DNA of 64,000 nt from the NCBI GenBank assembly GCA_030704615.1, contig CM060731.1, forward strand, positions 72,292,001-72,356,000, given 5' to 3'. The position numbers were made by a program, and so were the translations under genes. This DNA is from Takakia lepidozioides (Eukaryota > Plantae > Bryophyta). Below are positions 63,581-64,000 of the stretch, piece after piece. Each line of letters begins with the position of its first letter. The first letter of the stretch is position 1. The notes below the pieces were generated by a model, which was not told the DNA's origin, did no database searches, and was given only the letters and a program-made list of their open reading frames with translations.

Positions 63581-64000
63581 ATGAAGAGAGTGAGGGGAAT
63601 GGAGGATATCAGGGTGAAGAGCACCACGATTGTGCAGAAGCAAACAATTGCAGCACCGCAGGCAGTACAGCTGCTAAGGGAGTTGCGATTGGAGGGGCTG
63701 CTACGCAAGGACTGGTCCTTGCATCATCGGCAGTATATGATTCAATTTCTTCATAACTTTGAGCCTCGGACGGGAGTTACTCAGGTGAGGGGAGTAGATA
63801 TAGAAATTACTCCCCAGTACCTGCAACAATTGTTTGATTTGCCATCAGGTCATGTGGATGTGGATGAGCACAGGGCAAGATTGCAGATAGGGAATTTGTT
63901 CCAAGAAGGGAGTTTCTTTAAAACTCAAGGTTACGCTTGTACCAAAGCCGAATATCCATGGCTTAGGGAAGTTGGAAAAATATTGAACGTTCTGTTTGCC
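63581..64000 (+). CDS. Start of the 3' extra ORF (homolog of 45904 onward), truncated by the window end
   Basis: MKRVRGMEDIRVKSTTIVQKQTIA..., nearly identical to 45904 onward and open to the window end. Confidence 0.6.
   Translation, partial: MKRVRGMEDIRVKSTTIVQKQTIAAPQAVQLLRELRLEGLLRKDWSLHHRQYMIQFLHNFEPRTGVTQVRGVDIEITPQYLQQLFDLPSGHVDVDEHRARLQIGNLFQEGSFFKTQGYACTKAEYPWLREVGKILNVLFA

Larger units (their letters stand above)
56018..64000 (+). mobile_element. Non-chromovirus Ty3/Gypsy element (Athila/Tat/Phygy-like), runs off the window
   Basis: 5' LTR 56018-56997 (TG..CA), PBS, upstream ORF, gag-PR-RT-RH, deleted integrase core and 3' extra ORF. Confidence 0.93.

Overview
Eukaryotic nuclear DNA from a non-seed land plant. 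The bryophyte-type 5S sequence and a plastid ndhA insertion point to a bryophyte, possibly a hornwort (inference). No clearly intact protein-coding host gene is present. 1-16 kb is a decayed region: a diverged solitary 5S pseudogene, MITEs, a hAT transposase relic, an ndhA NUPT, amidase and ABC1K fragments, an LTR-like relic and a frameshifted EVE-domain gene. 16.1-33.4 kb is a stand-alone 5S rDNA array of 32 genes on the minus strand (~539-bp unit) with both junctions visible; each spacer has a 30-bp inverted repeat and a G-quadruplex motif. The array abuts a 2.45-kb element with terminal direct repeats, a tRNA-Ala primer-binding site (PBS), a conserved hairpin and an orphan ORF, but no CA integrase end; a diverged relative of its terminus lies at 10.7 kb. 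From 35.8 kb onward transposons are nested: a 120-bp satellite, then a chromovirus Gypsy, then a CACTA carrying captured RPS3a fragments, then three copies of a non-chromovirus Gypsy family. That family has extra ORFs on both sides of gag-pol and an unusual integrase tail. All family assignments come from motif recognition by eye; no database searches were run.
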